From: the human T2T-CHM13v2.0 reference genome, Homo sapiens
Assembly (NCBI RefSeq): GCF_009914755.1
Contig: NC_060947.1
Reading direction: 5' to 3' (one strand)
DNA length: 64,000 nt
The position numbers and the translations under genes are program-made. Positions 42,223 through 62,659 of the stretch are shown here, in pieces. Below the pieces are notes generated by a model. That model saw only the letters and a program-made list of their open reading frames with translations. It did no database searches and had not been told where the DNA came from. Within the stretch, counting starts at the first letter, position 1, and every line of letters begins with the position of its first letter.

Positions 42223-45200
42223 TAAACTGATGACAAATTAATGATGATGACAACCTAATCATCATGCCCAGCCTAAACTGATGACAACTTAAATGCTGAT
42301 TGCATGAACACACAAGCAAAAATAAAACTGATAAAACCTCTATATTTTAAATTTATCACTCTGCTTTTTAACATTTTGTGGTTTCTATTTATATCTTATT
42401 TTACTGTCTAAAGGTTGAGAAGTTGTAGTTAGTTATTATTTTTGATTAGTTTATCTTTTACTTTTTCTGCTTAGAGAAGAGCAGTTTAGACATCATAATT
42501 ACAGTGTTATAATACTCTGTGTTTTTCAGTGTACTTACCAGTGAGTTTTTAAACTTCAGATGATTTATTATTGCTCATTATCATCCTTTTCTCTCTGAAG
42601 ATTTTCCTTTAGCATTTCTTCTAGGACAGTTTTGATGTTGAGAAAATCTCTCAGCTTTGTTTTTCTGGGAAGCCTTTTTTGTCCTTTATGTTTGAAGTGT
42701 ATTTTCACTGGATACACTCTTCAAGGGAAAATGGCTTTTTTCCCTTCAGCATTATAAATCTGTCATTCCTCTCTCTCCCGCCCTGTAAGGTTTCCACTGA
42801 TATTACTGCTGTCAGTCATATTGGAGCTCAATTGTATGTTATTTGTTTCTTTTCTCTTGCTGCTTTTAGGATCCTTTCTTTATCTTTGACCTTTGGAAGT
42901 TTGATTATTAAATGCCTTGATGTGGTCTTATTTGGCTTAAAGCTGCTTTGAGTTCTATAACCTTCTTGTGCTTCAATGTTGATATTTTTATCTGGATTTA
43001 AGTAGTTCAAGTTAGTTAGTTATGACTTTGAGTAAATTTTTTACCTTTATCTTTTTCTCTTTCTTCTCTTTAAGGTCAATAGCTCTCAGATTTTCCCTTT
43101 TGAGACTATTTTTCTAAGTCCTCTAGGTGTTTCTGCTATATTATTTTTGCTTTTGTCTCCTCTGACTGTGTATTTTCAAATAGCCTGTTTTCAAGCTCAT
43201 AAATTCTTTCTTCTGCTTGATTAATTCTTCTTTAAGTCACTATGATGCATTCTTCAGTGTGTCAATTACATGTTTCAACTCCAGAATTCCTGCATATTTT
43301 TAATTACTTCAATCTCTTTGTTAAATTTATCTGATAAATTCTGATTTTTTTCTCTGTGTTATCTTTAATTTTGTTGAGTTTTCTCAATGCAGCTATTTTG
43401 AATTCCCTGTCTGAAAGATCACATGTCTCTATCTCTCCAGGATTGGTTACTGGTGACTTATTTAGTTCATTTGGCAAGGTCATGTTTTTCTGGATGGTTT
43501 TGATGCTTGTGGACATTAGTTGGTGTCTGGGCATTGAAGAGTTAGGTATTTATTGTAGTCTTCATAGTCAGGGCTTGTTTGTACCCTTCCTCTATGAAAA
43601 GGATTTCCAGGCATTCAAAAGGACTTTGGTATTGTGATCTAAGCTGCATCTCCATCAGGGAGCACCCCAAGCCCAGTAAGGCTGTAGTTCTTGCAGACTT
43701 GTTGAAGTACCCTCTTGGTGGTCTTGAATAAGATCCAGAAAAATTCTGGAGATTACTAGGCAGGGACTCTTGTTTTCTTCCCTTGCTTTCTCCCAAATAA
43801 ATGGAGTACCTCTGTGTTGAGACACCTGGATATGGGAGTTAGGTGACACAAGCACCCTTGTGACCACCACCACTGAAACTGTGCTGGGTCAGACCTGTAG
43901 CGAGCTCTGTACTGGGTCTTGCCCAAGGCCTACTGTAACCACAACCTGGTTACCACATATGTTTGCTTAAGATCCTAGGCCTCTGCAATCAGCAGGGGGC
44001 AAAGCCATCCAGGCTTGTTTCCTTCCCTTTGGGGCTGTGAGTTCTTCCTGGCCTTGGATGGTTCTAGAAATGTCATTTGGGAGCCAGGGACCAGAGTAGA
44101 ATACCTTAAAAAGTCTACTTGGTGCTCTACTGTACTGCTGCTGAACTGAACCTTATGAAACTCTCATTTGTTCTCGAGGAATTTAGACTAGAATGCCTCT
44201 AATGTCTCCTCCAGCTCTGTCATAGAGATTAAGTTTGTCCCACTCTTCCCACCTCTTTCCACAAGCAGAGGAGCCTCACTTCATGGCCACCACCATGACA
44301 CGGCCATGCGGAGTACTGCCAATGTTCACTTAATGCTCAAGGTCTCTTAAGTCAGTTTGTTGTGAATGCTGCTTGGTCTTAAGAGTCACCCGTCAGGGTG
44401 GTGGGCTCCCCTCTGGCCCAGGTTAGGTCCAGAAATGCTGTCAAATACCCAAGGCCTGGAATTGTGATCCCAAGAGGCTGCTTGGTGTTCTACCCCACTG
44501 TGCCCAAGCTGGTATTTCATTTTTTATTCTTATGAAAATGCTTTATTTTTTTTGTAGATAGCTGTTAAATTTGGTGTCCCTGCAAGAGGAGCAACTGGTG
44601 GAGGCTTCTATATGGCCACTTTGCTCTGCCCACAGCTAGATTCACTCTTTGATGAGGCAGGAAGGGAATAAGTTAACTCAGGATTTGCTAATTGCCTCAG
44701 TAATAGAGATTTGTTATTGACCTTTTATTGCCTATTGTGTTTGTTGTTGACAGTTTTATTTTTCTCTGTTCTTATTTTCACATGTAGGTAAAATAAATGT
44801 TTTACTTTGTTTTTCAAAACAAGCAAACCCAACCACTTTGAGGCAGTGTGAGATTTTGGAAAAAAAATTTGACCAGGATGCAGAGATATAATCTTTAGTC
44901 TTGGGTTGTATGTTCTTACAAAACCCTCATCCATTATCTGAGAAATTTAGACTAGAATACTTCTAATGTCTCCTCCAGCTCTGTCACTGTGAAGCTAGTC
45001 CAATGACTCTTTTATTTTTTTCCCTTCTTCATTTTACTTACAATTTTCTGATTATTTTGATCTGTCAGCCCATGGTTCTGGGCACGGAAAAAAACAGATG
45101 CACTGCCTTGGATAGGATGGATAAAGTGGAGTGTCTTTAGGTGGCTCTAGTAAAATAAAAATAAATAATAGAATTGAAGTACAAAGAGTAACATATTTAT

Positions 45201-45454
45201 AGTCATTATCATTCATGGGGTACAGAAATGTATGACTTGAAGTTTAGGAGGTGGCAAGAAAAATTCTAGAGCTTGAACACAAATATGAGCATGAACACAA
45301 GGTGTTACCAGGCTGGATAGACAATTTAGGATGGGCCTAGTTTGGCAGTTTTGGTGAATGTGGTAAGGGTAAAAATGGGAAAGCATAGAGGTGAAATATC
45401 TATGGGCTATCTATGGCGAGAAATGGTTAGCTACTTAGAAAACTTCCTCAACAG

Positions 45455-45700
45455 AAAAGTAATAATGAACTGATCATCTTCTGTGTGCAAGGTATGTGAC
45501 ATTCATCGTGCCAATTTGATCCTCAGAATAATCCTGTTAAATTGTTGTTATTAGGCTTATTTTACAAAAGGACAAAATAAAGGATGAGAAAAGTTAAGTA
45601 AAATACCCATGTTCATGCAGCTAGTATGTGGTAAGCTGAGATTCAAATTCAGGTCTGTCTGAATCCAAAACCCATCTTCTTAATCTCTTTCTAAACTGCA
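45455..45700 (-). mobile_element. MIR
   Basis: TTTGATCCTCAGAATAATCCTG...GCTGAGATTCAAATTCAGGTCTGTCTGAATCCAAAACCC. Confidence 0.75.
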
Positions 45701-45764
45701 ACTCTGCATTAATAGGTATGAAATAAAGATAGAAGAAGTAGAGTTATATGCAGAATCAGAATAG

Positions 45765-45990
45765 AATAAGTTCAGAGTATGGACTCTGGAGTCAGACTAC
45801 CTGAAGTGGAATTCCTGATGCAAGCAGGCAAGTCATTCAAACTCTTTGACCCTCGGTTTCTTCATTCATGAAATGGTGAAGTTAATATCAATTTCAAGAG
45901 GTTATAGTGAGAATTAAATGGGTTAGTCTATGCAAATTTGGGGGCACAATAAATATAAAACAATAAATCATAATAATAAATATTAACTAA
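45765..45990 (+). mobile_element. MIR
   Basis: GAGTATGGACTCTGGAGTCAGACTACCTG...GGCAAGTCATTCAAACTC...CCTCGGTTTCTTCAT. Confidence 0.75.
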
Positions 45991-47544
45991 TAAAAGAACC
46001 AGATCCCAGGAAACATTTCCATTTTAAGTGACTAAAAATGTAATGGGACCCAGGAGAATATTTTTCCACTTAACAATTGTGATTTGAGTCAATTCTTATA
46101 TAAAGTTGTGGGTGTCAATTATCAACGAGTGCTTCATTTTAAGAAGCCTTTTTATCTGAACCTTCTTAAGCATTAACAATGTGGTTCTTGTTTTTTATTA
46201 CAATAGACAGAACCAATCAAAATCTGTGTGCCTTTTGTCTTATTGATCATATTAAATGATAAATTCAGTCAAGCGACTGGCCTGATAATTAGAAAAGAAA
46301 ACAGTTGAACTGCTAACCTACAAATAAGCACTAGGTTCATTTTAAAAATCAGAAAAAAAAATCTTCAATAGACCAACTCTGTTAACATTTTCACTTGTCA
46401 TCCAGACAGCTTTTCACCATGAAGACTTATCCTCCAAAATATTTTCATTTACTGTAATTTACTTTCTATTAACTTTAGAAAGGACTAATTGCAATATATC
46501 CCGGAAAGGAAAGAAAGCAGGCACTTTAATTCTACTGAAATTGAGATTCTACGGGTTTGATATCTTCTGAGCTCTTCAGAGAGCTCTCAAAGATTCCTGA
46601 GCATCAGAGAATTCCCCTTTTCATGTGAAAACAAACTTCTGCCTCTAAACTGAGTGTGCTGAACCTCCCAGATTTTTCCAGCATTGGCTTGTGATCTGAG
46701 TTACATGCTCAGTGAGACAAGACAGGACTTTAACAGGAAATCTTTAAAGTCTGAGTGTGTTTACCTTTCATTTTGGTGCCTTTGATGCTTGACTTATATT
46801 CAATTGACCAAGGGTTTACTGACCTCATTAATCTACCTTCTTCTCAGAACTGATTCCTCATAGAAACTAAGATCTGTATGTTCTCATTTTTTTTGTTTGA
46901 GTGGTCAAGAAGTTCCACAGGTGTGAAGCTGAATGTTTATTTCCATTTCACACCTTTCTAGACATTTATTAATTAAAAGCAGTAGTTGCTAACTAGGGAC
47001 AATTTGAGTCAACCCCAGTGTTTAGGAGGGATTCCATGGAAGAAAAGTAACACTCGATTTCTTCTAGTCAGGTAGACAGGCCTGTCTTATTCTACCTTCT
47101 GATTTCTGCTGCTTCTCCTCATAATCCACTTTAGATCTAGACAGTACAGAGATACAGGAAGTATTACAGCTAAATGCATTCCTCCTCCTCTACTGTGTAT
47201 TTTCTAACCTAAATTGCAGGCAAAGAGAATCAAGAACGTTGTTTTATCTATTATCCTTCTACTTTTCACTGCATTTCTTAAACAGCAATCATTAGGTCAT
47301 TCTCAGAGTCATTAGAGTAGATTAAATTTTTACTCCTCACAGGGTCAGCACTGTCATGGGGTCTGAGAAGAAAGAAAATCTTGATCCTGTTTCTTATAAC
47401 CAAATTGGGAAAAATGAGACAGACACATAGACTTATATAAATCAGGCAGTAAATCATTAAAACATTAATTAAGTATTGACCACAGTAAGTAGAGTAGATT
47501 GGAATGAAGTGAAGGGAGAGCTCAATTTAGAATAGTTAGAGAAG

Positions 47545-53796
<6,252 letters not shown>

Positions 53797-54004
53797 AAAA
53801 GGCTTAAAGGTGTAAGGTAATGATATCTTAAGTATGGGTAGAAGTTGGATAGATAAGTGATGATGAAATTAGGCAGCGATAGGGAAAGGTTCATAACATG
53901 AGCAAAAACATGAAGGTATACAAACAGATGTGTATAAGACTAGACTATGAGGAGGACACCCTAGAAGGAGAAAAAGTACTGCGGTGACAATCTTACTTAA
54001 ATTA

Positions 54005-54199
54005 CAATGAGACATTCTACATTGGATAAAATGAGATGAATAGAAATGTCTATAAAGCTTGTTAAAATACATACTGCTGAACCCCACTCCCAGAGTTTCA
54101 ATTTAGTTGGTCTGTGTGGGGCCAGAAAATTTGCATTTTCAATTACCAAGAGACTCTGATGCTGCTGATGAGGTGGGTGCCACGTATTGAGAATAACTG
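54005..54199. mobile_element. MER5A-like hAT-Charlie DNA transposon relic
   Basis: CTTGTTAAAATAC...CCCACTCCCAGAGTTTC...AATTTGCATTTT...TGATGCTGCTG...TTGAGAATAACTG. Confidence 0.75.
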
Positions 54200-56802
54200 A
54201 TCTAATTCAGAGAACCTTGAAACAAATACAATATCTTGTCATTGTTTTTTAACCACAATGAAAATCTAAAAGATTAAAGAATGCCGCCTATGGGACTGTC
54301 AAATCTATCAATATCCAAACATATTTTTGTAGCTGCTATTTCTTCAAATTAGACTTGCCAGTTTTAGGTAGAAAATGTGCAAGTGTATGCTTGGTGGTGG
54401 TGGTGAAATAACATGACTTAGCAGGTCAATCAGGCCTCAACCCTAAGTTTTCCAAAGTATTTTGGATAAATTAGTAAAAACATATACTTATTCTCCTTTT
54501 TCTGGTAGATTTACAATGTTGGATTGATAACTGCTTTAGTGGAATTTCCTCAGCAGTGTTCAATCTTGCACTCTGTAATTTAGATTGCTGTACTTCTAGA
54601 TGGGACATTACAGCTCTAGTGGAATCAATAGCACCCATAAAACTACATCATAAATATGCAGTCACTTAGTTCAAGGAAAAAACTTCTACAGGGTAGATTC
54701 TGCAAAGAAATTGGTCCAGAACCAGTGTTTCTGCTGAGCTGATCTATTAAAAGGACTCATTAAAGGGTGTCCATTCTGTATGAATGCCAACATATTTACT
54801 CTTTTGCTTGTCAAAATAAACCTTAATGATGAATCTATTCCTGAATTAAACCAAGGTAAATGTTTATTCTGGAAACTTCTTAAACATACTTGTTTTTCTA
54901 AAACTGAATCAATGAGAGGACAATGATGGGGATTCAGAAACTTTGACTCCCAGGTTTGTACTCAGTACATTAATGTTTTTCTCACCACCTTTGTTTTCTC
55001 TCTTTTTGGAAAAAATAATCTTCACATTTCCTGAGATAAATTGATAACTCAGAAATTTAGCCTTTTTGGAGTTCATGCTTGATGACTAGTCTGTGCATAC
55101 GGTAAGACAAATGGAAAACAGCCTTAGGCTATACTGCCAAGCATAAGCTCTACTAAATGAGAGAATCCAGAGATAAATTACAAAGAGAGAATTCTCTGGA
55201 GCTAGACATGAATGCTTCTGTGACTTCCTTAGTCATCTGGCATTAGGACCCTCTGAAAGATAATATGAATCACCTTACTGAGCCAATAGTCACCTCGTAT
55301 TTCACCTTCCATTTTCTGTATCTTGCATATATTTGTTTGGAACAAGCAATATCTTCAGTAATTTGCACTAAACTAGGCTTTCCTATTTTCTCCATCTGTT
55401 TCCTTGGTACACATCTATCCATTCATTTCTTTATTGGGTGGGTTTTTGAAGATGTAGATCAATCTAGTAGGGCATTTTTTGGGTAGGTGGCCAGAAGACC
55501 AGGGTTCAAGTACTAGTATTGCCACTAGCTGTGTGACCCTGAGAAAGAGACAGAACTGCACAATTATATGACTCAGTGGCTCCTAAAGTGTGAAATGTGT
55601 ACCACTGATAGGTTTGTAAGTTGATTATACTTGGTACATGGATGAATACTTTTAATTTGAATATTAATTTGAGCATGTCTTCAACTAATATTATAAAAGC
55701 TGTCTCTAGGGTTTCCCCTGCCTGACACCAATACCCAAACATGTAGTCTAGGGTTTGGGAACTGAACTGTCCTGCACACTGCAAATGGTACCTGAGTGCA
55801 CCATCTAGGGGACTGAGGACAAGACTGACCCTCCTCTCATCCCTGTCATTGGTGCCTGTGCACATCATCTGGGAGTCTGGGGATTGACCAACTTCACCCA
55901 CCAGTGCTGGTGCCCAAATACATTATCAAGAGGTCTGATGACAGACCTGCTCTGCCCACCACCACTTCTGCTTGCAGCCAGCACCCAAACACACAATCTG
56001 GGAGCCTGTGGATTGACCTGCCCTGTCTGCCCCAATTGGTGCCTGTGCATACCATCAGGGGGACTAAAGAAAGGTCTGTCTTGCCTGATGCCACCACTGC
56101 TAGTGCCCGAGGATCAGCCCACCTAATGTTCCTGTCCCCAGCAAAGCCTTACAACAGCATCCATTAAAAACCACAGTCTAAGACACTTCAGAACTTAACA
56201 ACACAACTGATGCTGATTACAGCTGAAGAAATTGTACAGAGAGTACACTGCTTTACTCACCCAGAATCAGCATCAAATATATTTCTACCCAACCAACATG
56301 AAAGATACATCTATAGAAAAAAGTCTTTCCCTATGAAAGCCAATACATAAAATTGGAAGAAGTGAGTATTACTCCAGATGCACAGATACCAAACCAAGAA
56401 CAAAAGAAACAAGGAAAAGCAAAGAAAGATAGTCTCTCCAAAGGAACACAGTAATTCTCTGGTAATAGACTCCAAAGAAAAGAAAATTTATAAAACGCTT
56501 GAAAAAAAGAATTAAAAACACTGGTACTAAAGAATCTCTATAAGATAGGATAGAACACAGAAATACAAAGAAATCAAAATCAGGAAACAATTCATGATTT
56601 GAATGAGAAATTTGAAAAAGAACCAAATAGAATTTCTAAAACTGAAGAATTCTATGGATGAAAAGAGAAACACACTCAAGACCTTAAACAATAAACTAGA
56701 TAAACCAGAAGAATTTCTGAATTTCAAGACATGTCCTCTGAAACTACTCAGTTGGACAAGAAAAACAGAAAAATTATTAAAAGAATGTAAAAAGCCTATG
56801 TG

Positions 56803-57113
56803 GGTCAGGTGCAGTGGCTGACACCTGTAATCCCAGCACTTTGGGAGGCTGAGGCGGCAGGATCACATTAGCCCAGGAGTTCAAGATCAGCCTAGGCAAG
56901 ATGGAGAGACCCTTATCTCTACATAAAATTAAAATGCAATAGTTGAGTGTGATTCTGGGTGCCTGTAGTCCCAGCTACTCAGGAGGCTGGGGTTGAAGGA
57001 TTGCTTGAGTCAGAAATTTAAGGTGCCAGTTAGCTTTAATCCTACCAGTGCACTCCAGCTGGAGTAACAAAGTGAGACCCCATCAATAAAAAAGGTGAAA
57101 TTATTTTAAAATG
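56803..57113 (+). mobile_element. Alu (AluJ-like)
   Basis: Diverged dimer with AGCCCAGGAGTTCAAG; TSD AARAGCCTATGT flanks. Confidence 0.85.
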
Positions 57114-57134
57114 AAGAGCCTATGTAAAATATAG

Positions 57135-58642
57135 TGTCACAGAATCCTTTGTGTGTTGCTTTTCCAGCTGGAAACTTCTGTGGCCAGTGGTGCCTTTGCC
57201 CAAGTTTTGCTCAGGCTCACTGGGCTTGTTCCACCCACTCAGCCCAGCAAGTTGCAATCAGCTTGTACTACTGGCCTGGATCCCATGCCTGCCAAGGGTG
57301 AGCCAGGCATAGAGTGGCAAGTGGTGTGTGAGTGAGCATGGAGTCCTGCTACTGCACACATCCAGACATGCCAGCTGCAGTGGGGTGGGCTGCTCCAAGA
57401 GCCAGTACAGACACTCGCTTCATGAAAGGCTGTGGCTGGACCAGGCATACCACAAGTGGCTTCCACTGTGGGTGCCAAGAAATGAGGTAGAACCTGGAAG
57501 TTTGGAGATGTCAGGAACTGCGAAGACAGCCCTGACCTGGGGAACCCCTAGGTCTGGGCTCTGTGAAGGGCTTCAGCTTGTCTCTCCTTCTCATTGCCCA
57601 CAATGTGGCAAGTGAGGGGTATGTTTCAGGCCTGTTTGTGTTACTGCTCTTTCAGTCATGCCATTTGGTGGGTCCTGAGTTCTTGTCCCATGTCCAGGAA
57701 GAATGAGGTAGGTGGACAACTGGAGTGTGAGCAAGGCAGAGGGGAGCTTCACTGAATGACCGAACAGCTCTCAGGAGACCCAAAGTTTCCTGATGAGTGT
57801 CCTGGAAGAGTGTCCAGTTCTCAGAAGAGAGGAGACCTATAGTGAGTAGCTCCTTTCTGCAGGCAGGTCATCCTGATGAGTCAAGGAGACCCAAAGTGAG
57901 TAGCTCTTTCCCACATCTGGTAGTCCCGACCTCTCTGTAAGTCTGGCTGAGTCTGCAGTTTGTATGGGCTTTAGAAGGGAGGAAGTGTGTGCTGGTTGGT
58001 CCATGGGTGGCCATGGGTGGGCCCGGCAAAAGCACCATAAGTTCTTAATCTGGGCCGTAGACTCCACCTGGAACAGACAGCCCATACCCTAGACTTCAGG
58101 CCATCACTGGCTTGAAGGTGGGCTTCACCAGGGACCTGTCCCTTTCCACCAAGGAGCCTGTCTGCCTAGTGCTGCCATCTACATGTCATCCACCATGCCC
58201 AGGCTGTTTGTGCTGAGGGGCACCTGCAGGCCTGCATGGAGCCACCCTCAGCCCTACTTTGTTCTCCCTCCCATGCCTGTCAGCTAGGAGAGGGCCAAGG
58301 CAGCAGGAGGTTGGTGTACCAGTACCACCCTGAGTGTGTGCACACCAAGCTGGGTTGTGACAGCACTCAGGCTTGACCACAACTTTGCTCCACCCTGGAG
58401 CAGGCACCAGGAGCAGGGAGAGGCCAGTCAGTGGGAGCAGGCACTTCTGAACCTGTGGGGGAAGGGGGACTTCCTGGGCTCCTAAGATCATAGGGATGTG
58501 TGGGTTCATAGCCATGGCTCTGCAGCTGCAGCTGTGCCTAGGAGAGCAGTGCTCCCATCCTGTCATCTCAGAAAGGGGCAGGGCTCCTGCCTGTTCCTGG
58601 CTCCCACCAGCTCTGTGGAGTGTCAGGCTGCCACTGCCATCA
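57135..58642 (-). mobile_element. MER52-like long solo LTR (ERV1), ~1.5 kb
   Basis: TG...CA termini (reverse start TGATGGCAGTGGCAGC, end GGATTCTGTGACA), GC-rich, 4-bp TSD ATAG/ATGG; L1 ORF1 continues on both sides. Confidence 0.8.
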
Positions 58643-61600
58643 ATGGAACACCATAAAGTGACCAAATATTTAAATTCTGGAATTCCTAGGAGAAGAGATG
58701 GACAAAGCATAAAAACCTATTTAATGAAATAATGGCTGAAAACTTGTAAATCTTGCAAGAATTATAGAAATCCAGATATAGGAGGCTCAAAGTATATTCA
58801 CAAAATAGATTCAACCTAAAAAGGTCTTTTCTAAGACACGTTATAGTCAAACTGTCAAAAGTCAAAGACAAAGAGATAATTCTAAAAACAGCAAGAGAAA
58901 AGCATAAAGTTACATATGAAGGAATTCCCATTAGACTAACAGTGTATTTTTCAGCAAAAGCCTCACAGGCTAAGAAAGAAAGGTATGATATATTTAAGTT
59001 GCTGAAAGAAAAAGAAATCATTTAGCCAAGAATACTACAGCCAGCAAAACTACCCTTCAAAAATGAAGGAGAAATAAAGTTCTTGCCAGATGAGCAAAAT
59101 CTGAAGGAATTCATAACCACTAAACCAACCCTACAAGAAATGCTAAGTGGAGCCCTACACCTGGAAATGAAAGGATATCTACCATCATTAAAACACATGG
59201 GAGTATAAAATCCACTGGTATGGCAAACACATAAATAAGGGAGAGAAAAAACTCAAATGTTACCATTACGGAACACCACCAAACTACAATGATTAAAAAC
59301 AAAAGAAAGAGAAACAACTGAAGGACACGTAAACAAATAGAAATTAGTAAAATGGCAGGAATAAGCCCTCACATATCAATAATAACATTGAATGTAAATA
59401 TATTACACTCTACACTTAAAAGATATAGACTGGCTGAATGAATAAAAAAGTCATAACGCAACTATATGCTACCTAAAATAAACTCATCTCACCTCTAAAG
59501 ACACATAAAGAATAAAAATAAAGGGATGAAAAGAAGATATTTCATGCAAATGAAAACCAAAAGTGAGTAGGAGTAGCTATACTTAGATAAAACGGATGTT
59601 AAGTCAAAAACAGTAAAAAGAGAAAAATAGGTCATTATGTAGAGTGATCAATTCAGCAAGAGAATATAAGAATTTGAAATAAATATGTATTCAAAACTGG
59701 TGCACCTAGATATATAAAGCAAATATTATTACCTAAAAAGGAAGATATAGATTACAATACAATAATAGTTAGAGATTTTAGCCCCCCACTCTTACCATTG
59801 GACAGATCATCTAGACCAAAAACCATCAAAGAAACCTTGAATTTAAACTTCATTTTAAACCAAAAGGACCTAACAGGCATTTATCCAAAACTTTCATCCA
59901 AAAGCTGAGACATGCACATTCTTCTCCTCAGTACATGGAACATTCTTCAGGACAGATTATATATTAGAACACAAAACAAGTCTCAAAATTTTTTTAAAAA
60001 ATTAAAATTATATTCAGTATATTCTCAAGCCACAACGGAGTAAAACTAAAAATTAATAAGCAAAGGAACTTTGGAAACTGCACAACAAAAAAAACTTAAA
60101 CAGCATACTCCTGAATGTCCACTGAGTTAATGAAAAAATTAAGAAGGAAATAAAAAACTTAAATGAAACAAATGAAAACGGAAACATAACATACTAAAAC
60201 CTGTGAAATACAGCAAAAGCATTGCTAAGACGGAATTTTATAGGACTGAACACTTACATCAAAAAAGTAGAAATATTTTAAATAAAAAACCTGCTGATGC
60301 GCTTAAAGGACCTACAAAATTAATAACAAACCAAACTCAAAACTAGTATAAGGGAAGAAATAATAAACATCAGAGTAGAATTAAAATACAGACTTAAAAA
60401 CAATACAAAGGATCATAAAAACAAAATGGTGGTTGTTTGAAAATATAAACAAAATAGACAAATCCTTAGCTAGACTAAGAAAAACAGCCACATATAAATA
60501 AAATCAGAGATAAAAAGGGAACATTAAACTGATGTCACAGAAATACAAAGAATCATTAGAGATCATGAACAACAATATGCCAACAAATTGGAAAATCTAG
60601 CAGAAATTAATAAATCACTGGGCACATATAAGCTACCATGATTGAATCAGAAAGGGAATTAAGAAACTGTTCAGACCAATAATGAGGAATAAGATTGAAT
60701 CAATAATAAAAATCTCCCAACAAGAAAAGACCAGGAGTAAATGGATTGACATATGAATTCCACCAAACTTACAAAGAAGAATTAACACAAATTCTTCTTA
60801 AGGTATTCCAAAACATTAAAGAGACAGGAATTCTTTCTAACTCATTCTGCAAGAATTACCCTACTACCAAAACCAGAAAGGACAAAACAAAAAAAGAAAA
60901 GCATAGGCCAACATCCTTCATAAATATAGACTCAAAAATCCTCAATAAAATATTAGCAAAATGAATCTAACAACACATCAAAAAGGTAATACACCATAAT
61001 CAAGTGGGATTAATTTCAGGAATCTAAACATGTTTCAACATATGCAAATCAATAAATGTGGTACATCATATAAACAGAATTAAGGACAAAAGCCATATAA
61101 TTATCTCAATAGATGCAGGAAAAGCATTTGCTAAAATCTGATATCCCTTCATAATAAAAAACTTTCAACAAATTAAGCATAGATGGAACATTCCTAACCA
61201 TAACAGAGGCCACATATGAGAAACCCACAGCCTATATCATATTGGATGGGGAAAAGCTGAAATATTTTCCTGTAATAACTGGAACAAGGATGCCCACTTT
61301 CACCACTCTTATTTAACATAGCACTGAAACTCCTAGCCAGAGAAATCACGCAAGAGAAAGAAATGAAAGGCATCCAAATTGGAAGAGAGGAATTGAAATT
61401 ATCCTTCTTTTCGGACAACATAATAATATATAATATAATAATATATTTAAAGAATAAGATGAAAGACTTCTACAACTAAAACTACTAAACATTGATGAAA
61501 GAAATTGAAGAAGACACAAACAAATGGAAAAATAACCCGTGTTCATGGATCAAAAGAATTAATTTTGTGAAAATGTCCACATTACTCAAAGCCATCTATA

Positions 61601-62659
61601 GATTAAATGTCATCCATATCAAAATACCAGTGATATTCTTTTCAGAAATACAATGTGTAATGACAATTTTAATTAAAAATAGAGCTACCATAAGATCTAG
61701 CAATCCCATTACTGGGTATTTATCCAAAGGAAGAGAAATCAGTATATCAAAGTGATACCTGCAACCTCATGTTTATTGCAGCACTATTCATAATAGTCAA
61801 GATATGGAACTGACTTAAGTCCATCAACAGAAGAATGAATAAAGAAAATATAGTGTATATACACAACGGAATATGGTTCAGCCATAAAAAAGAATGAAAT
61901 TCTGTCATTTGCAGCAAACTGGAGGACATTATGTTAAGTGAAATAGTCCAGGCACAGACAGGCAAATATCACATGTTCTTACTCATATGTGGAAGCTAAA
62001 AAAAGTTGATCTCATGGAAGTAGAGAGTAGAATAGTGGTTAATAGAGACTGAGAAGGGTGGGTGGGAGAATGAAGAGAGGTTAACAGGTGCAAACATATA
62101 GTTAGATAGAAGGAAAAACTTCTAGTGTTCAATAGCACCGGAAGGTGACTATAGTTAAGGAGAATTGACTGTATATGGCAAAATAGCTAGAAAAGAGTTA
62201 AAATGCTCCCAACACAAATAAATGATACATTTTTGAGGTGATGGATATCCTAAATACCCCAATATTGTCATTACACATTGTATGCATGTATCAAAATAAC
62301 ACACATGCCCAATAAAATGTACAATTATTATTTATCAAAAAAAAGGTTCGTACAAGAATACTTATTCATAGTAGCTATCTTTTTGAGCAAGGGCCATCTG
62401 TTGCCAATTATCACCAAGAGTAGAAGTCTGAACACTTTATAAAAAAACTATCACTAAAACAATGCTTCTGAATTCACAGATACAGTTGCTTAGAACAGGC
62501 TGGCCTAGGTATTGAAGTAAAAATGTATATTGACTTAAAGTAAAACATAAAGTAAGCAATCATAGCGATGGTATGCGACATGAGAAAATTGTGAAAGTGG
62601 CCATGGAATAGCTGAATTTTGAGAAATATTTCTAAACCTAGAAGGAAACTTAGAATCTA

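Larger units (their letters stand above)
55705..62344 (+). mobile_element. Old L1M/L1MA element (repetitive 5' UTR, ORF1, ORF2 with deletions, L1MA-type 3' end), interrupted by an Alu and MER52
   Basis: GC-richer repeated 5' UTR units 55710-56130, ORF1/ORF2-like decayed frames (60746..60964, 61492..61755), 3' end GGTGATGGATATCCTAAATACCCC...TATCAAAA. Confidence 0.8.

Noticed and set aside
57153-58732. Cluster of 60-174-aa ORFs
   Set aside because: All fall within the GC-rich MER52-like LTR; no coding hallmarks.
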